From contig DYSW01000003.1 in NCBI GenBank assembly GCA_020726285.1, positions 30,990-94,989 on the forward strand: DNA of 64,000 nt, in the 5' to 3' direction. Made by a program: the position numbers and the translations under genes. This document shows positions 8,869-18,893 of this stretch, one piece after another; position 1 is the stretch's first letter, and every line of letters begins with the position of its first letter. The notes beneath the pieces were generated by a model. That model did no database searches. It saw only the letters and a program-made list of their open reading frames with translations, and was not told where the DNA came from. Source of the stretch: Melioribacter roseus (GTDB lineage Bacteria; Bacteroidota; Ignavibacteria; Ignavibacteriales; Melioribacteraceae).

Positions 8869-10121
8869 CATACGAACAAGCAACAGAAAAAATATTTTCA
8901 CTTCATCAATTTGGTATAAAACTTGGACTAGAAAATATTCAAACATTTTTACAATTGATAGGGAATCCAGAAAAAAAGTTAAAAACAATACATATAGCTG
9001 GCTCAAATGGAAAAGGGAGTACATTATCATTCATATCTTCAATATTAATGGAGCACGGTTATAAAGTCGGTTTTTATACTTCTCCACATTTAGTAGATTA
9101 TTCTGAAAGAATTAGAATAAATGGGAATAATATTTCAAAAGATTTTGTTACAAATTTTGTCAAAAAATTCAATAATTTTATTGATGAACATCAAATAACT
9201 TTTTTTGAAATTGGGACTGCGATGGCATTTCAATATTTTTATGAAAATAATGTAGATTTCGCTGTTATAGAAACTGGACTTGGTGGCAGATTAGATGCCA
9301 CAAATGTTATAAATTCAAAATATGTTGTGATAACTACAATCAGTTTGGAGCATACTGATATATTGGGGAATTCAACTGAAGAAATTGCTATTGAGAAAGC
9401 GGGAATTATTCATGATAACTCAAATGTATTTATTGGGTATTTATCAGATAAAGCAAAAAAAGTTATCAAAGAAAAATCAAAATTATCAAACTCGAAATTA
9501 TATCAAATAGAAGATTATGTTACGCAATTTCCGGAGCACGTAAGAATTAGAATCAATAATAATGTTCTTAATATTTACAAAACTGAACTTCTGGGCAATT
9601 ATCAACTAAGAAATGTTTCATTAGCAGTGTTTGCTATAAAAATCGTTTTAGATAAGAAATTAAGAATCAACAAAATTTTAGATGGAATTGCTAACGCTAG
9701 TAAAAATAGTAAGTTACGAGGAAGATTTGAAATATATTCTAATAATCCAATAGTGATTTTTGATTCAGCACACAATATTGAAGGCATTGAAATGTTTTTA
9801 GATTCATTCAAAAAAATGAATTATTCATGCAAAAAAAAAGTAGTAATATTTGGTTGTATGAAAGACAAAGCAATTTTGAAAATATTAGAAAAATTAAATG
9901 AAATATTTGATGAATTTTACTTTACTTCAATAAATTATGAAAGAGCATTAAAAATATCTGAACTAATGGAAATTGGGAGCACACTTAAAATCAGGGGACA
10001 AGCTCTTGAAAACCCAGCAAAATTTATTCGTGAATTTTCTGAAGAGAATTCGTGCTTAGTAGTTCTAGGAAGTATATATATTTTGGGAGAAATTTTAGGA
10101 AAATTGGAGCACACTATTTAA
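8865..10121 (+). CDS. folC: Bifunctional folylpolyglutamate synthase / dihydrofolate synthase
   Basis: 418 aa. Mur-ligase P-loop HIAGSNGKGST, ...TSPHL..., ETGLGGRLDATN. Confidence 0.9.
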   Translation: MTYEQATEKIFSLHQFGIKLGLENIQTFLQLIGNPEKKLKTIHIAGSNGKGSTLSFISSILMEHGYKVGFYTSPHLVDYSERIRINGNNISKDFVTNFVKKFNNFIDEHQITFFEIGTAMAFQYFYENNVDFAVIETGLGGRLDATNVINSKYVVITTISLEHTDILGNSTEEIAIEKAGIIHDNSNVFIGYLSDKAKKVIKEKSKLSNSKLYQIEDYVTQFPEHVRIRINNNVLNIYKTELLGNYQLRNVSLAVFAIKIVLDKKLRINKILDGIANASKNSKLRGRFEIYSNNPIVIFDSAHNIEGIEMFLDSFKKMNYSCKKKVVIFGCMKDKAILKILEKLNEIFDEFYFTSINYERALKISELMEIGSTLKIRGQALENPAKFIREFSEENSCLVVLGSIYILGEILGKLEHTI

Positions 10122-10130
10122 TCCACTTTT

Positions 10131-10162
10131 TTTGTTTAAGTTTTATCGTTTCCTTATATTTG
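10131..10162 (+). promoter_or_regulatory. Candidate Bacteroidetes-type promoter (TTTG-N20-TATATTTG) for uvrD/pcrA
   Basis: TTTG at 10131..10134 and TATATTTG at 10155..10162. The ATG at 10186 lies 24 nt downstream. Confidence 0.45.
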
Positions 10163-10185
10163 CACTTCAAAAAAAATGGTTTAAT

Positions 10186-12360
10186 ATGAAAATCTTAGAA
10201 TCGTTGAATCTTGTTCAGAGAGAAGCAGTAGAATGTATAAAATCTTCCCAAATGATAGTTGCTGGCGCTGGATCAGGAAAAACAAAAGTTCTTACACATA
10301 AAATTGCTTATTTGCTTGAAAATGGCTATGAACCATCTTCAATTTTGGCTTTAACTTTCACTAATAAAGCCGCTCAAGAAATGAAAGAAAGAATTAAAAA
10401 ACTTGTTGGAAAAAAGGCGGACGAAATCTGGATGGGGACTTTTCATTCGGTCTTTGGCAAAATATTAAGAGATCACGCAGATAAAATTGGTTATTCCAGA
10501 AACTTTTCGATTTACGATAGAGAAGATTCAGTACAGCTTGTACAGCATGCTATCCAAGAATTAGATATTTCACAAGATTTATATATTCCGTCACGAATTC
10601 AACATAAAATTAGTAATCAAAAAAATCATCTTGTAACTATTGAAAACTATCGTCAAAATTTTGTTGTAACATTAGCTGACCAACATTTTGCTAAAATTTA
10701 TGAATTATATGAAAGTAGATTAAAAGAAAATAATGCAATGGATTTTGATGATTTATTAATAAAACCGTTAGTATTATTCCAAAATGAGCCTAAAATACTA
10801 GCAAATTATAGAAATCGCTTCAAATATATTTTGGTTGATGAATATCAAGACACTAATAAAGCACAATATAATTTGGTTAAGGAATTGAGTTTTAACAAAA
10901 TAAAAGTATGTGTTGTTGGTGATGATGCTCAAAGTATTTACGGTTGGCGCGGAGCAGATATTTCAAATATTTTAGATTTTGAAAAGGATTTTCAAAAAGT
11001 TCAAATTCATAAATTGGAACAAAATTATCGTTCAACAAAAAATATTTTGAATGGTGCTAATTCAGTTATTTCTAAGAATAAAAATCAACTTAAAAAAAAT
11101 CTTTGGACTGAAAATAAAGAAGGTGAAAAAATATCAATAATTCGTTGTTCTGATGAAAAAGATGAAGCTTATCAGATTTCTATGCAAATCAAAAAAGAAA
11201 TACAAAAACGAAAAATTTCACTAAATGACCTTGCCATTCTTTACAGAACAAATGCCCAATCGCGAGCGTTGGAAGATGCACTACGCCGCGAAAAATTGCC
11301 ATACCAAATAATTGGTGGTGTTGAATTTTATCGCAGAAAAGAAGTAAAAGATATTGTCGCTTATCTTCGAGTTTTGGCTAATCAGAGTGATGAAGAAAGT
11401 TTATTAAGGATAATGAATTTTCCACAACGGGGCATTGGAAACACATCTATTGAAAAAATGCTTGCTTTTTCTCGTAGATTAGAAATTACTTTTTTCAAGA
11501 CAATGGCACGCATTTTTGAAGTAATTGAAGTAAAAGAAAGAATTCAAAAAAATGTTAAGCAATTCAAATTATTACTTGATAAATATGTACAATTGAAGGA
11601 TAAACTTTCGCTTTACGAATTAACTTCAGCTTTGGTTGATGAATTGGGAATTATTAAATCATTTAAAGAAGAAAATACAAAAGATGCAATGCAAAAAAGT
11701 ATGAACATCCAAGAACTTCTAAATGTAATTCATGAATTCTCTCAAAGAAATAAAAGTGCTACAATTGATGATTTTCTTGCTGAAGTTTCATTAATGGCAA
11801 GTGTTGATGAACTAAACAATAGCTCCCAACATATTACATTAATGACAGTACACAATGCAAAAGGTCTTGAATATGATATTTGTTTCATTATCGGTTTAGA
11901 AGAAGATTTATTTCCAATCAATTCTAAATATGATACAGATGCTGATATAGAGGAAGAAAGACGGTTATTTTATGTTGCATGTACTCGGGCTAAGGAAAAA
12001 TTATATTTAACTCACGCACGTTCACGTTACAGATTTGGTGAAGTAGCTTACCAGGAGCGTAGTAGATTTATTAACGAAGTTGATCCTGCAACTATATTTA
12101 ATGAAAAAGAACCAGCAGAGGTACGTTCCGGCAGAAAAAGAAAATCTTTTTACGATGATTTATACAACGACGATTTAGATGAACTTGGAATTGATAGAAG
12201 AACCTATAGAGTCGGAAGTCGAGTATCACATGAAGTCTTTGGTAGTGGAAAAATTCTTGCAATAGAAGGAAATGGTGAAGAAGCTAAAATTACTATTCAT
12301 TTTGAGGACCATGGAAAGAAGAAAATGGTTGCAAAATATGCAAGGTTAAGTTTAATATAA
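10186..12360 (+). CDS. ATP-dependent DNA helicase, UvrD/PcrA/Rep family
   Basis: Walker A AGAGSGKT, motif II VDEYQDT, GDDAQSIYGWRGA and VHNAKGLEYD. I prefer the ATG at 10186 (MKILESLN...) over the TTG at 10132. The extra 18 residues are not helicase-like, and the promoter boxes fall inside them. Confidence 0.92.
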   Translation: MKILESLNLVQREAVECIKSSQMIVAGAGSGKTKVLTHKIAYLLENGYEPSSILALTFTNKAAQEMKERIKKLVGKKADEIWMGTFHSVFGKILRDHADKIGYSRNFSIYDREDSVQLVQHAIQELDISQDLYIPSRIQHKISNQKNHLVTIENYRQNFVVTLADQHFAKIYELYESRLKENNAMDFDDLLIKPLVLFQNEPKILANYRNRFKYILVDEYQDTNKAQYNLVKELSFNKIKVCVVGDDAQSIYGWRGADISNILDFEKDFQKVQIHKLEQNYRSTKNILNGANSVISKNKNQLKKNLWTENKEGEKISIIRCSDEKDEAYQISMQIKKEIQKRKISLNDLAILYRTNAQSRALEDALRREKLPYQIIGGVEFYRRKEVKDIVAYLRVLANQSDEESLLRIMNFPQRGIGNTSIEKMLAFSRRLEITFFKTMARIFEVIEVKERIQKNVKQFKLLLDKYVQLKDKLSLYELTSALVDELGIIKSFKEENTKDAMQKSMNIQELLNVIHEFSQRNKSATIDDFLAEVSLMASVDELNNSSQHITLMTVHNAKGLEYDICFIIGLEEDLFPINSKYDTDADIEEERRLFYVACTRAKEKLYLTHARSRYRFGEVAYQERSRFINEVDPATIFNEKEPAEVRSGRKRKSFYDDLYNDDLDELGIDRRTYRVGSRVSHEVFGSGKILAIEGNGEEAKITIHFEDHGKKKMVAKYARLSLI

Positions 12361-12376
12361 TAGAACTTTTAACAAT

Positions 12377-12402
12377 AAAAGCCCATTAATCGGGCTTTTT
12401 TT
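12377..12402. terminator. Bidirectional terminator hairpin between convergent helicase and Rrf2 genes
   Basis: AAAAGCCC-attaatc-GGGCTTTTTTT, with an A-tract on one side and a T-tract on the other. Confidence 0.75.
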
Positions 12403-12877
12403 AACTAAGTTTTTCTCCGTTGCTTTCGTGAGTGAAGTTAGCAATCATCTCTTCATTCTTTTTCAGCATATCGTTATATTCTTGAGCAACTTGCTGAACA
12501 TTTTTGCTTGAAATCAGATTGAAGATTTTATTCCTCAAATCATTCCATTCTTCGTGTAACGGACATGGATTTTCATCAGAGCACTCTTTTAATCCTGTTA
12601 TGCATGTTAAAGTTATTACGGGACCTTCAATTCTCTCAACAACTTCAAGTATTGTACTATTTAATGCTAATTTTGTTATTCTAAAACCACCACCGCGACC
12701 TTTAAATGAATCAACAAAACCAAATTTTGCCATTCTTTGTAAAATTTTAGCTAAATAGTGCGAAGGAATATCTTCAGTTTTCGCAATGTTTGACGACATT
12801 ACAAGTAAGTCTTTTGGAGCTCTTGCCAAATATAGGATTGCTCTTATCGCGTATTCACCAGTCTTTGTGTAAATCAT
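12401..12877 (-). CDS. Rrf2-family transcriptional regulator (IscR/NsrR-like, probable Fe-S ligand set)
   Basis: 158 aa. N-terminal TKTGEYAIRAILYLA winged-helix start and a Cys-x6-Cys-x5-Cys-x2-His cluster (CITGLKECSDENPCPLH). Confidence 0.88.
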   Translation of the reverse strand: MIYTKTGEYAIRAILYLARAPKDLLVMSSNIAKTEDIPSHYLAKILQRMAKFGFVDSFKGRGGGFRITKLALNSTILEVVERIEGPVITLTCITGLKECSDENPCPLHEEWNDLRNKIFNLISSKNVQQVAQEYNDMLKKNEEMIANFTHESNGEKLS

Positions 12878-12945
12878 ATTACCTCAAGAATTAATAAAAA
12901 AGATACGTTTGTCTATTATTAAGATAAGCAAATGAGAGTTTTTTG

Positions 12946-13566
12946 TCAAGTTTTAGATTGAAAAAAAGTTGATTTGTCCGAAATTATATTGATATTATTA
13001 TTTAATGCTAATTTCAATTCAGATTCAAATTGATGAATTACTTCAATTGCAATTAAGGCATGGATAATTGGGTTGTTTAAATACTCGTTTTGTATAATTT
13101 TAGCCTTAAATTTTTCCAAAAAATGATGAACAGTTTTTGATTGTTCGTAATTGTAATTAATGATGAGTTTCCCAAATTCAATTTCTTCTACGATTTCACA
13201 AAATTGTAATGTTTCAATTCCATTTTGATAATATGTTTTCCCTAAAAAACCAACGCCAAGTTTAATTCCACCAAAATATCTTATTGAGACTAATAATGTG
13301 TTTTGTAATTGAAAATGATTAATTGCGTTAAGTAAACGAACACCAGCACTTCCATTCGGTTCTCCATCATCAGAATATTTTTCAAAATTAGGATGAAGTT
13401 TCCATGCAAAGCAGATATGATTTGCATCAGAAAACTCTACTTTTAGCTGTTGAAATATTTGTTCAATCTCAATTTGTGATTTTATTGGGAATGCTTTTCC
13501 AATAAAAAGTGAACTTTTTTCCTTTATTCGAGATTCAACGGCTGATTTAATTGAATTGATTTTCAT
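12946..13566 (-). CDS. yigZ: YigZ / IMPACT-family protein (UPF0029)
   Basis: 206 aa. The DDGEPNGSAG motif and overall layout match the YigZ family. Confidence 0.75.
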   Translation of the reverse strand: MKINSIKSAVESRIKEKSSLFIGKAFPIKSQIEIEQIFQQLKVEFSDANHICFAWKLHPNFEKYSDDGEPNGSAGVRLLNAINHFQLQNTLLVSIRYFGGIKLGVGFLGKTYYQNGIETLQFCEIVEEIEFGKLIINYNYEQSKTVHHFLEKFKAKIIQNEYLNNPIIHALIAIEVIHQFESELKLALNNNINIISDKSTFFQSKT

Positions 13567-13626
13567 ATTATTTTAAGAATTAAACTCAAAATAATACAAT
13601 TTGCCATTATTTTTATTGTAGATTAA

Positions 13627-13904
13627 ACTCATTCATCATCTTGTTGGTTAATATATTTCAAGACTCTGATTTTTTCAACGTTAATAAAATTTTCAATTCC
13701 AACTAATTCATCAAATTCAATATGTCAGTTAACTATTTACAATCTTTTAGGCGAAAAGGTTAAAGGATTAGTTATTAAACCTTTTTAACCGGAAATTATG
13801 AAATTGAATTTGAAGCAAGCTTTTTACAGAGTGGAGTTTATTTCTACAAATTAGAAACTTTGAATGGTTTTAACCAAAAGCGCAAGATGATTTTGGTTCA
13901 GTAG
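13627..13904 (+). pseudogene. Relic of a T9SS C-terminal sorting domain (body of the gene lost, one frameshift)
   Basis: Frame 1 reads ...FSTLIKFSIPTNSSNSICQLTIYNLLGEKVKGLVIKPF, then a stop at 13786..13788. After a shift at the T5 run 13782..13786 it reads TGNYEIEFEASFLQSGVYFYKLETLNGFNQKRKMILVQ, with a stop at 13902..13904. Together these give a full Por-type tail (compare the intact tails at 2050..2305 and 62123..62400). No ORF precedes it. Confidence 0.65.
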
Positions 13905-13962
13905 TTATAAAGAATTTTCTTATTTTTCAATAGATAAATCAATTATTAAATTGGAAATAAGA

Positions 13963-15153
13963 ATGATCAAAATTTCACCAGCTAAAAGAACTGAAAATAT
14001 TAAATATGCTGTAAGAGATATTGTTGTAATTGCTCAAGAAGTTGCAAAATCTGGTAAAGAGATGCTTTATTTAAATATTGGTGATCCAAATTTATTCGAT
14101 TTTGCCCCACCAAAACAAATGCTTGAAGAAACATACAAAGCGATGATGATAAATAAAAATGGATATGCACCATCATCAGGAATTGAAATAGCTCGCGAAT
14201 CAATTAAACGGGAAGCAACACGAAAAGGAATTACTAATATTCACGATCTTTTTATTACAACAGGTGCAAGCGAAGCAATTGAACTTGCTCTAACTGCTTT
14301 AGTAAATGAAGGCGACAACATTTTAACTCCAACACCAGGTTACCCACTTTACACAGCCGTAGCAAGTAAACTACAAGCAATTGAAAATCCTTATTTTCTT
14401 GACGAAACAAACGGCTGGCAACCAGATATTGAAGATATAAAATCAAAAATAAATGAAAAAACAAAAGCAATAATTATCATAAATCCAAATAATCCAACAG
14501 GTTCAAACTTTTCGAAAGAAACTTTGCTTGAGTTAATCAATATTGCAAAAAAGCACAATCTTGTAATTTTTGCAGATGAAATTTACGATAAATTGCTTTT
14601 TGATGAAGAAAAGCATATTTCTATTGCATCGCTCGATTCTGAAACTCCAATTATTACTTTCGGCGGTCTTTCGAAAAATTATGTAGTTCCTGGCTGGCGA
14701 GTTGGTTGGGGAATTATCAGTGGAAATGTTGGAATTCTTTCTGATTATATTGAAGCAATAAATAAAATGTTGCGTGCAAGATTATCCGCTACACATCCAA
14801 TGCAATATGCAATTCCCGCAGCTTTAGATAGTAAAAATGAACATCTAATTGAAATTATGGCTAAACTTAAGCGAAGAAGAAAATTAACGGTCGAAATGCT
14901 TAATGCAATAGATGGAATTAGTTGTGTTCAGCCAAAAGGAGCATTTTATGCTTTCCCAAAAATTGAAATTGAGAAATCAGATACAGAATTTGTCATCAAT
15001 TTGATAAAAGAAACGGGAGTTGTGGTCGTTCCTGGCGATGGTTTTGGGCAGAAACCAAACACAAAGCATTTTAGAGTTGTATTTTTACCAACAGAAATTC
15101 AACTTGAAAAAGCATATTTAAGTATTTCGATTTTTATGAAAAAATATCTTTAA
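13963..15153 (+). CDS. Pyridoxal-phosphate-dependent aminotransferase, class I (Ala/Asp aminotransferase-like)
   Basis: ~396 aa. LNIGDPN, TTGASEA, NPNNPTG, the PLP-lysine block FGGLSKNY and FRVVFLP. The ATG at 13963 is preferred to the TTG at 13951. Confidence 0.85.
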   Translation: MIKISPAKRTENIKYAVRDIVVIAQEVAKSGKEMLYLNIGDPNLFDFAPPKQMLEETYKAMMINKNGYAPSSGIEIARESIKREATRKGITNIHDLFITTGASEAIELALTALVNEGDNILTPTPGYPLYTAVASKLQAIENPYFLDETNGWQPDIEDIKSKINEKTKAIIIINPNNPTGSNFSKETLLELINIAKKHNLVIFADEIYDKLLFDEEKHISIASLDSETPIITFGGLSKNYVVPGWRVGWGIISGNVGILSDYIEAINKMLRARLSATHPMQYAIPAALDSKNEHLIEIMAKLKRRRKLTVEMLNAIDGISCVQPKGAFYAFPKIEIEKSDTEFVINLIKETGVVVVPGDGFGQKPNTKHFRVVFLPTEIQLEKAYLSISIFMKKYL

Positions 15154-15184
15154 TTGATAGAATTTTGACTTTTAGCTTGGGTTT

Positions 15185-15208
15185 GAATTAAAATTTGAAT
15201 TTTAATTC
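15185..15208. repeat. Perfect 11-bp inverted repeat (GAATTAAAATT tg AATTTTAATTC)
   Basis: Read directly. It lies 31 nt after the aminotransferase stop and 39 nt before the TauE start. Almost pure A/T, with no flanking T-run. Confidence 0.9.
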
Positions 15209-15247
15209 ACAAATCAAAATTCTAAATTCATAAAATGGAAAATCAAA

Positions 15248-16024
15248 ATGACTGAATATTTAATTATTAGTTTAGCAGCAGTTTTCGGTTCGACACTAAC
15301 ATTTTTTTCTGGATTTGGTTTGGGAACTATGCTTGTCCCGATTTTTGCAATATTTTTCCCAATAGAAATGGCAATTGTTCTAACAGCTGTTGTTCACTTT
15401 CTTAATAATATTTTCAAAATTTTGTTAGTTGGAAAAAGTATTAACTTCGGAGTTCTATTTCGATTCGGAATTCCGGCTTTCATTTTTGCATTTTTGGGAG
15501 CTGAATTACTAACATATTTCGCAAAAATTCAACCAATTGCAAGTTATTCAATAGCTGAAAACAATTTTCAAATAATTCCCGTAAAACTGATAATTGCAAT
15601 TTTACTTGCAATATTTTCGATGATGGATTTTCTCCCATTTTTTTCAAATCTGAATTTTGATAAGAAATATTTACCTTTTGGCGGAGTATTAAGTGGCTTT
15701 TTTGGCGGTCTTTCGGGAAATCAAGGAGCGTTACGAACAGCATTTTTAATTCGTGCAAATCTTACAAAAGAGCAATTTATTGCAACCAGTATCGGAATAG
15801 CACTATTAATTGATATTTCACGTTTGTCAGTTTATTCAAGCCAATTCTTTTCATTAAATACAAATCTTGATTATAAACTTCTCGTTTTTGCAACGTTATC
15901 TGCATTTTTTGGTGCATTTATGGGAAAAAAATTACTGAAAAAAATAACGATTAAAACACTTCAGCAAATTGTAGGAATTGTGTTGCTGATTTTTTCCATT
16001 CTGCTTGGAATGGGAATAGTATGA
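15248..16024 (+). CDS. TauE/SafE-family anion exporter-like membrane protein
   Basis: 258 aa, ~8 hydrophobic spans with two internally similar halves (GxGLGTM... / GGLSGNQGA...), typical of the TauE/SafE (DUF81) family. Confidence 0.7.
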   Translation: MTEYLIISLAAVFGSTLTFFSGFGLGTMLVPIFAIFFPIEMAIVLTAVVHFLNNIFKILLVGKSINFGVLFRFGIPAFIFAFLGAELLTYFAKIQPIASYSIAENNFQIIPVKLIIAILLAIFSMMDFLPFFSNLNFDKKYLPFGGVLSGFFGGLSGNQGALRTAFLIRANLTKEQFIATSIGIALLIDISRLSVYSSQFFSLNTNLDYKLLVFATLSAFFGAFMGKKLLKKITIKTLQQIVGIVLLIFSILLGMGIV

Positions 16025-16042
16025 TTTTGAGAAACGAGATTT

Positions 16043-18850
16043 ATGGAAGATAAATACATAATTATTAAAGGGGCACGCGAGCATAATCTTAAAAATATTG
16101 ATTTGCGAATACCAAGAAATTCATTCTCAGTAATTACTGGACTTTCGGGTTCGGGAAAATCATCACTCGCTTTTGATACAATTTACGCCGAAGGTCAGCG
16201 AAGATATATAGAATCACTTTCGGCTTACGCACGCCAATTCCTTGGAATGCTTGAAAAACCAGATGTTGATTTAATTCAAGGACTAAGTCCAGCAATTTCA
16301 ATTGAACAGAAAACAACTGCCGGAAATCCGCGTTCAACAGTTGGAACTGTTACTGAAATCTATGATTTTTTAAGATTATTATACGCTCGAGTTGGTGAAT
16401 CATATTGTTACCAATGTGGAAGAAAAGTTGAAAAGCAAAATTCTGAAAAAATGATAGAAACAATTATTTCAGAATTCATTGGAAAAAAAATTCTGATTTT
16501 AGCTCCAATCATCAAAGGAAGAAAAGGTCATTACAAAGAATTATTTCAAGAAGTTTTTAGCGATGGATTTTTGCGAGTTCGAGTAGATGGTGAAGTTTAC
16601 GAAATCACAGAGAATTTTCAAGTTGAGAGATACAAAATTCATAACATTGAAATTGTTGTAGATAGACTAACAGTAAACGAAAAATCTGAAAGAAGAATAC
16701 GTGAATCGGTTGAAATTGCTTTGAATTATGGTAGCGGAACAATTATAATAAATAACGAAAAATCAGATAAGCTATTTAGCAGACATTTAACTTGTAATTA
16801 TTGCGGAATTAGTTATCCCGAACTCGCACCCAATTCATTCTCATTCAATTCGCCCTACGGAGCTTGTTCTGATTGCGATGGTTTAGGAGAAAAAAAAGAA
16901 ATTTCACTTGATTTACTTATTCCAGATTGGAATTTATCTATAAATGAAGGTGGCATTGAAGCAATCGGCAAACCACGTTCAACCTGGTTTTTCAATCAAA
17001 TAGAGAGTATTTCTCAGAAGTATGGTTTTACTTTTGATACAAAACTGAAAGATTTTACAGATGAACAAAAACAAATATTGCTTTTTGGAACAGATGATAT
17101 TATTAAAATAAAATATAAACTATCCAAAGGAGATGAAATTGCATACGACCACAAGTACAAAGGAATTATCAGTTTTGTAAGACAATATTTCGAAAATACT
17201 TCATCAATTCAAATTAGAGAATGGGCTGAATCTTTTATGACAACAACTTCTTGCACATCTTGCAATGGAGGTCGTTTGAAAAAGGAATCGCTTGCAGTAA
17301 AGATTGAAGGTTTAAGTATTTCAGAAATGACAAATAAACCAATTAGCAAAGCAAAAGTATTTTTTGAAGAACTAACTTTTCGAGGAAGAAATGAAATAAT
17401 TGCTGAACCAATCTTAAAAGAAATTAGAAAACGAATTGAATTTCTTTCGAATGTTGGTTTAGATTATTTATCGTTAAGTCGTTCTGCAAGAACACTTTCC
17501 GGAGGCGAATCCCAAAGAATTCGACTTGCGTCGCAAATTGGTTCGCAACTTGCTGGAGTTTTGTATGTTCTTGATGAACCAAGTATCGGTTTGCATCAGA
17601 GCGATAATATTCGTTTGATAAATTCTCTTAAGCATTTACGCGATTTAGGAAATACAATTATTGTTGTTGAACACGACCGCGAAACAATTGAAGAAGCTGA
17701 TTATGTTGTCGATTTAGGACCTGGAGCTGGAGAACATGGTGGAAATGTTTGCGTTGCTGATACAAAAAATAATTTGCTTTCAAATCGTGAATATGAAAAA
17801 TCTCTCACTGTTAAGTATCTGAAAAATATTATTCAAATAGAACCTCAACCAAAAATTAGAGATGGAAATGGGAAATTCATTGAATTAATTGGTGCGAGTG
17901 GAAATAATCTTAAAAATGTGAATTTGAAACTTCCACTTGGAAAATTAATTGTAGTTTCGGGTTTGAGCGGTTCAGGAAAATCGAGTCTGATAAACGAAAC
18001 ACTTGTAAGCATTCTGATGAAAAAAATCTATAAATCAAAAGTTGTCCCATTGCCATTTAGTGAAATTCATGGAATAGAAAATATTGATAAAATCATAGAA
18101 ATTGACCAATCACCAATTGGCAGAACACCGCGTTCAAATCCAGCAACATACACGGGATTATTTACATTCATCAGAGAATTATTTACAGAATTACCAGATT
18201 CAAAAATTAGAGGTTATAAGCCAGGAAGATTCAGTTTCAATGTCTCAGGAGGCAGATGCGAAGATTGTGAAGGAGACGGTATGAAGAAAATCGAAATGAA
18301 CTTTTTGCCAAATATTTATGTAAAATGCGAGACTTGCAAAGGAAAAAGGTACAATAAAGAAACGCTTCAGATTTTATATAAAGGAAAATCTATAGCAGAT
18401 ATTTTAGGAATGACAGTTGAAGAATCGCTTGAATTCTTTGAAGATTTTCCGCGAATAAGTCGAAAAATTCGTGCTTTAAACGATGTTGGTTTGGGTTATA
18501 TTACACTCGGACAGCAAGCAGTTACACTTTCTGGTGGCGAAGCACAACGAGTGAAGTTAGCTACAGAATTAAGCAAAGTTGCTACAGGAAATACATTCTA
18601 TGTCCTTGATGAACCAACTACAGGTTTGCATTTTGAAGATGTAAAAATTCTTTTGCAAACTCTAAATAAAATTGTAGAAAAAGGAAACACTGTTCTTATT
18701 ATTGAACATAATGTTGATGTTATAAAAACTGCAGATTATATTATTGATTTAGGACCAGAATGCGGAGAAAATGGTGGAAATATAATTGCAGAAGGAACGC
18801 CATCTGAAATTAAGTCAAACACAAAAAGCATTACTGGAAAATACTTGTAG
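16043..18850 (+). CDS. uvrA: Excinuclease ABC subunit A
   Basis: 935 aa. Two ABC modules (GLSGSGKSS twice, LSGGE.QR twice), CxxC zinc modules, and a canonical N-terminus [14 protein letters not shown]. Confidence 0.97.
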   Translation: MEDKYIIIKGAREHNLKNIDLRIPRNSFSVITGLSGSGKSSLAFDTIYAEGQRRYIESLSAYARQFLGMLEKPDVDLIQGLSPAISIEQKTTAGNPRSTVGTVTEIYDFLRLLYARVGESYCYQCGRKVEKQNSEKMIETIISEFIGKKILILAPIIKGRKGHYKELFQEVFSDGFLRVRVDGEVYEITENFQVERYKIHNIEIVVDRLTVNEKSERRIRESVEIALNYGSGTIIINNEKSDKLFSRHLTCNYCGISYPELAPNSFSFNSPYGACSDCDGLGEKKEISLDLLIPDWNLSINEGGIEAIGKPRSTWFFNQIESISQKYGFTFDTKLKDFTDEQKQILLFGTDDIIKIKYKLSKGDEIAYDHKYKGIISFVRQYFENTSSIQIREWAESFMTTTSCTSCNGGRLKKESLAVKIEGLSISEMTNKPISKAKVFFEELTFRGRNEIIAEPILKEIRKRIEFLSNVGLDYLSLSRSARTLSGGESQRIRLASQIGSQLAGVLYVLDEPSIGLHQSDNIRLINSLKHLRDLGNTIIVVEHDRETIEEADYVVDLGPGAGEHGGNVCVADTKNNLLSNREYEKSLTVKYLKNIIQIEPQPKIRDGNGKFIELIGASGNNLKNVNLKLPLGKLIVVSGLSGSGKSSLINETLVSILMKKIYKSKVVPLPFSEIHGIENIDKIIEIDQSPIGRTPRSNPATYTGLFTFIRELFTELPDSKIRGYKPGRFSFNVSGGRCEDCEGDGMKKIEMNFLPNIYVKCETCKGKRYNKETLQILYKGKSIADILGMTVEESLEFFEDFPRISRKIRALNDVGLGYITLGQQAVTLSGGEAQRVKLATELSKVATGNTFYVLDEPTTGLHFEDVKILLQTLNKIVEKGNTVLIIEHNVDVIKTADYIIDLGPECGENGGNIIAEGTPSEIKSNTKSITGKYL

Positions 18851-18861
18851 ATGAACAAGAT

Positions 18862-18889
18862 TTCCACCTAAATATGCAATTAGGTGGAA
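18862..18889. terminator. Hairpin between convergent uvrA and NUDIX genes (probable bidirectional terminator)
   Basis: 9-bp stem TTCCACCTA / TAGGTGGAA with a 10-nt loop. The flanking U-tracts are weak on both strands. Confidence 0.5.
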
Positions 18890-18893
18890 AATT

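Noticed and set aside
10132-10185. TTG-initiated 18-codon N-terminal extension of the helicase in the ORF track.
   Set aside because: The extension (MFKFYRFLIFALQKKWFN) is not helicase-like and contains the TTTG-N20-TATATTTG promoter candidate. The ATG at 10186 gives the conserved N-terminus.
12909-12931. Imperfect inverted repeat TTGTCTAT-N7-ATAAGCAA upstream of the Rrf2 regulator gene, considered as an auto-operator.
   Set aside because: Only 7 of 11 symmetric positions pair, which is not clearly above expectation for AT-rich DNA. I cannot support it without comparative data.
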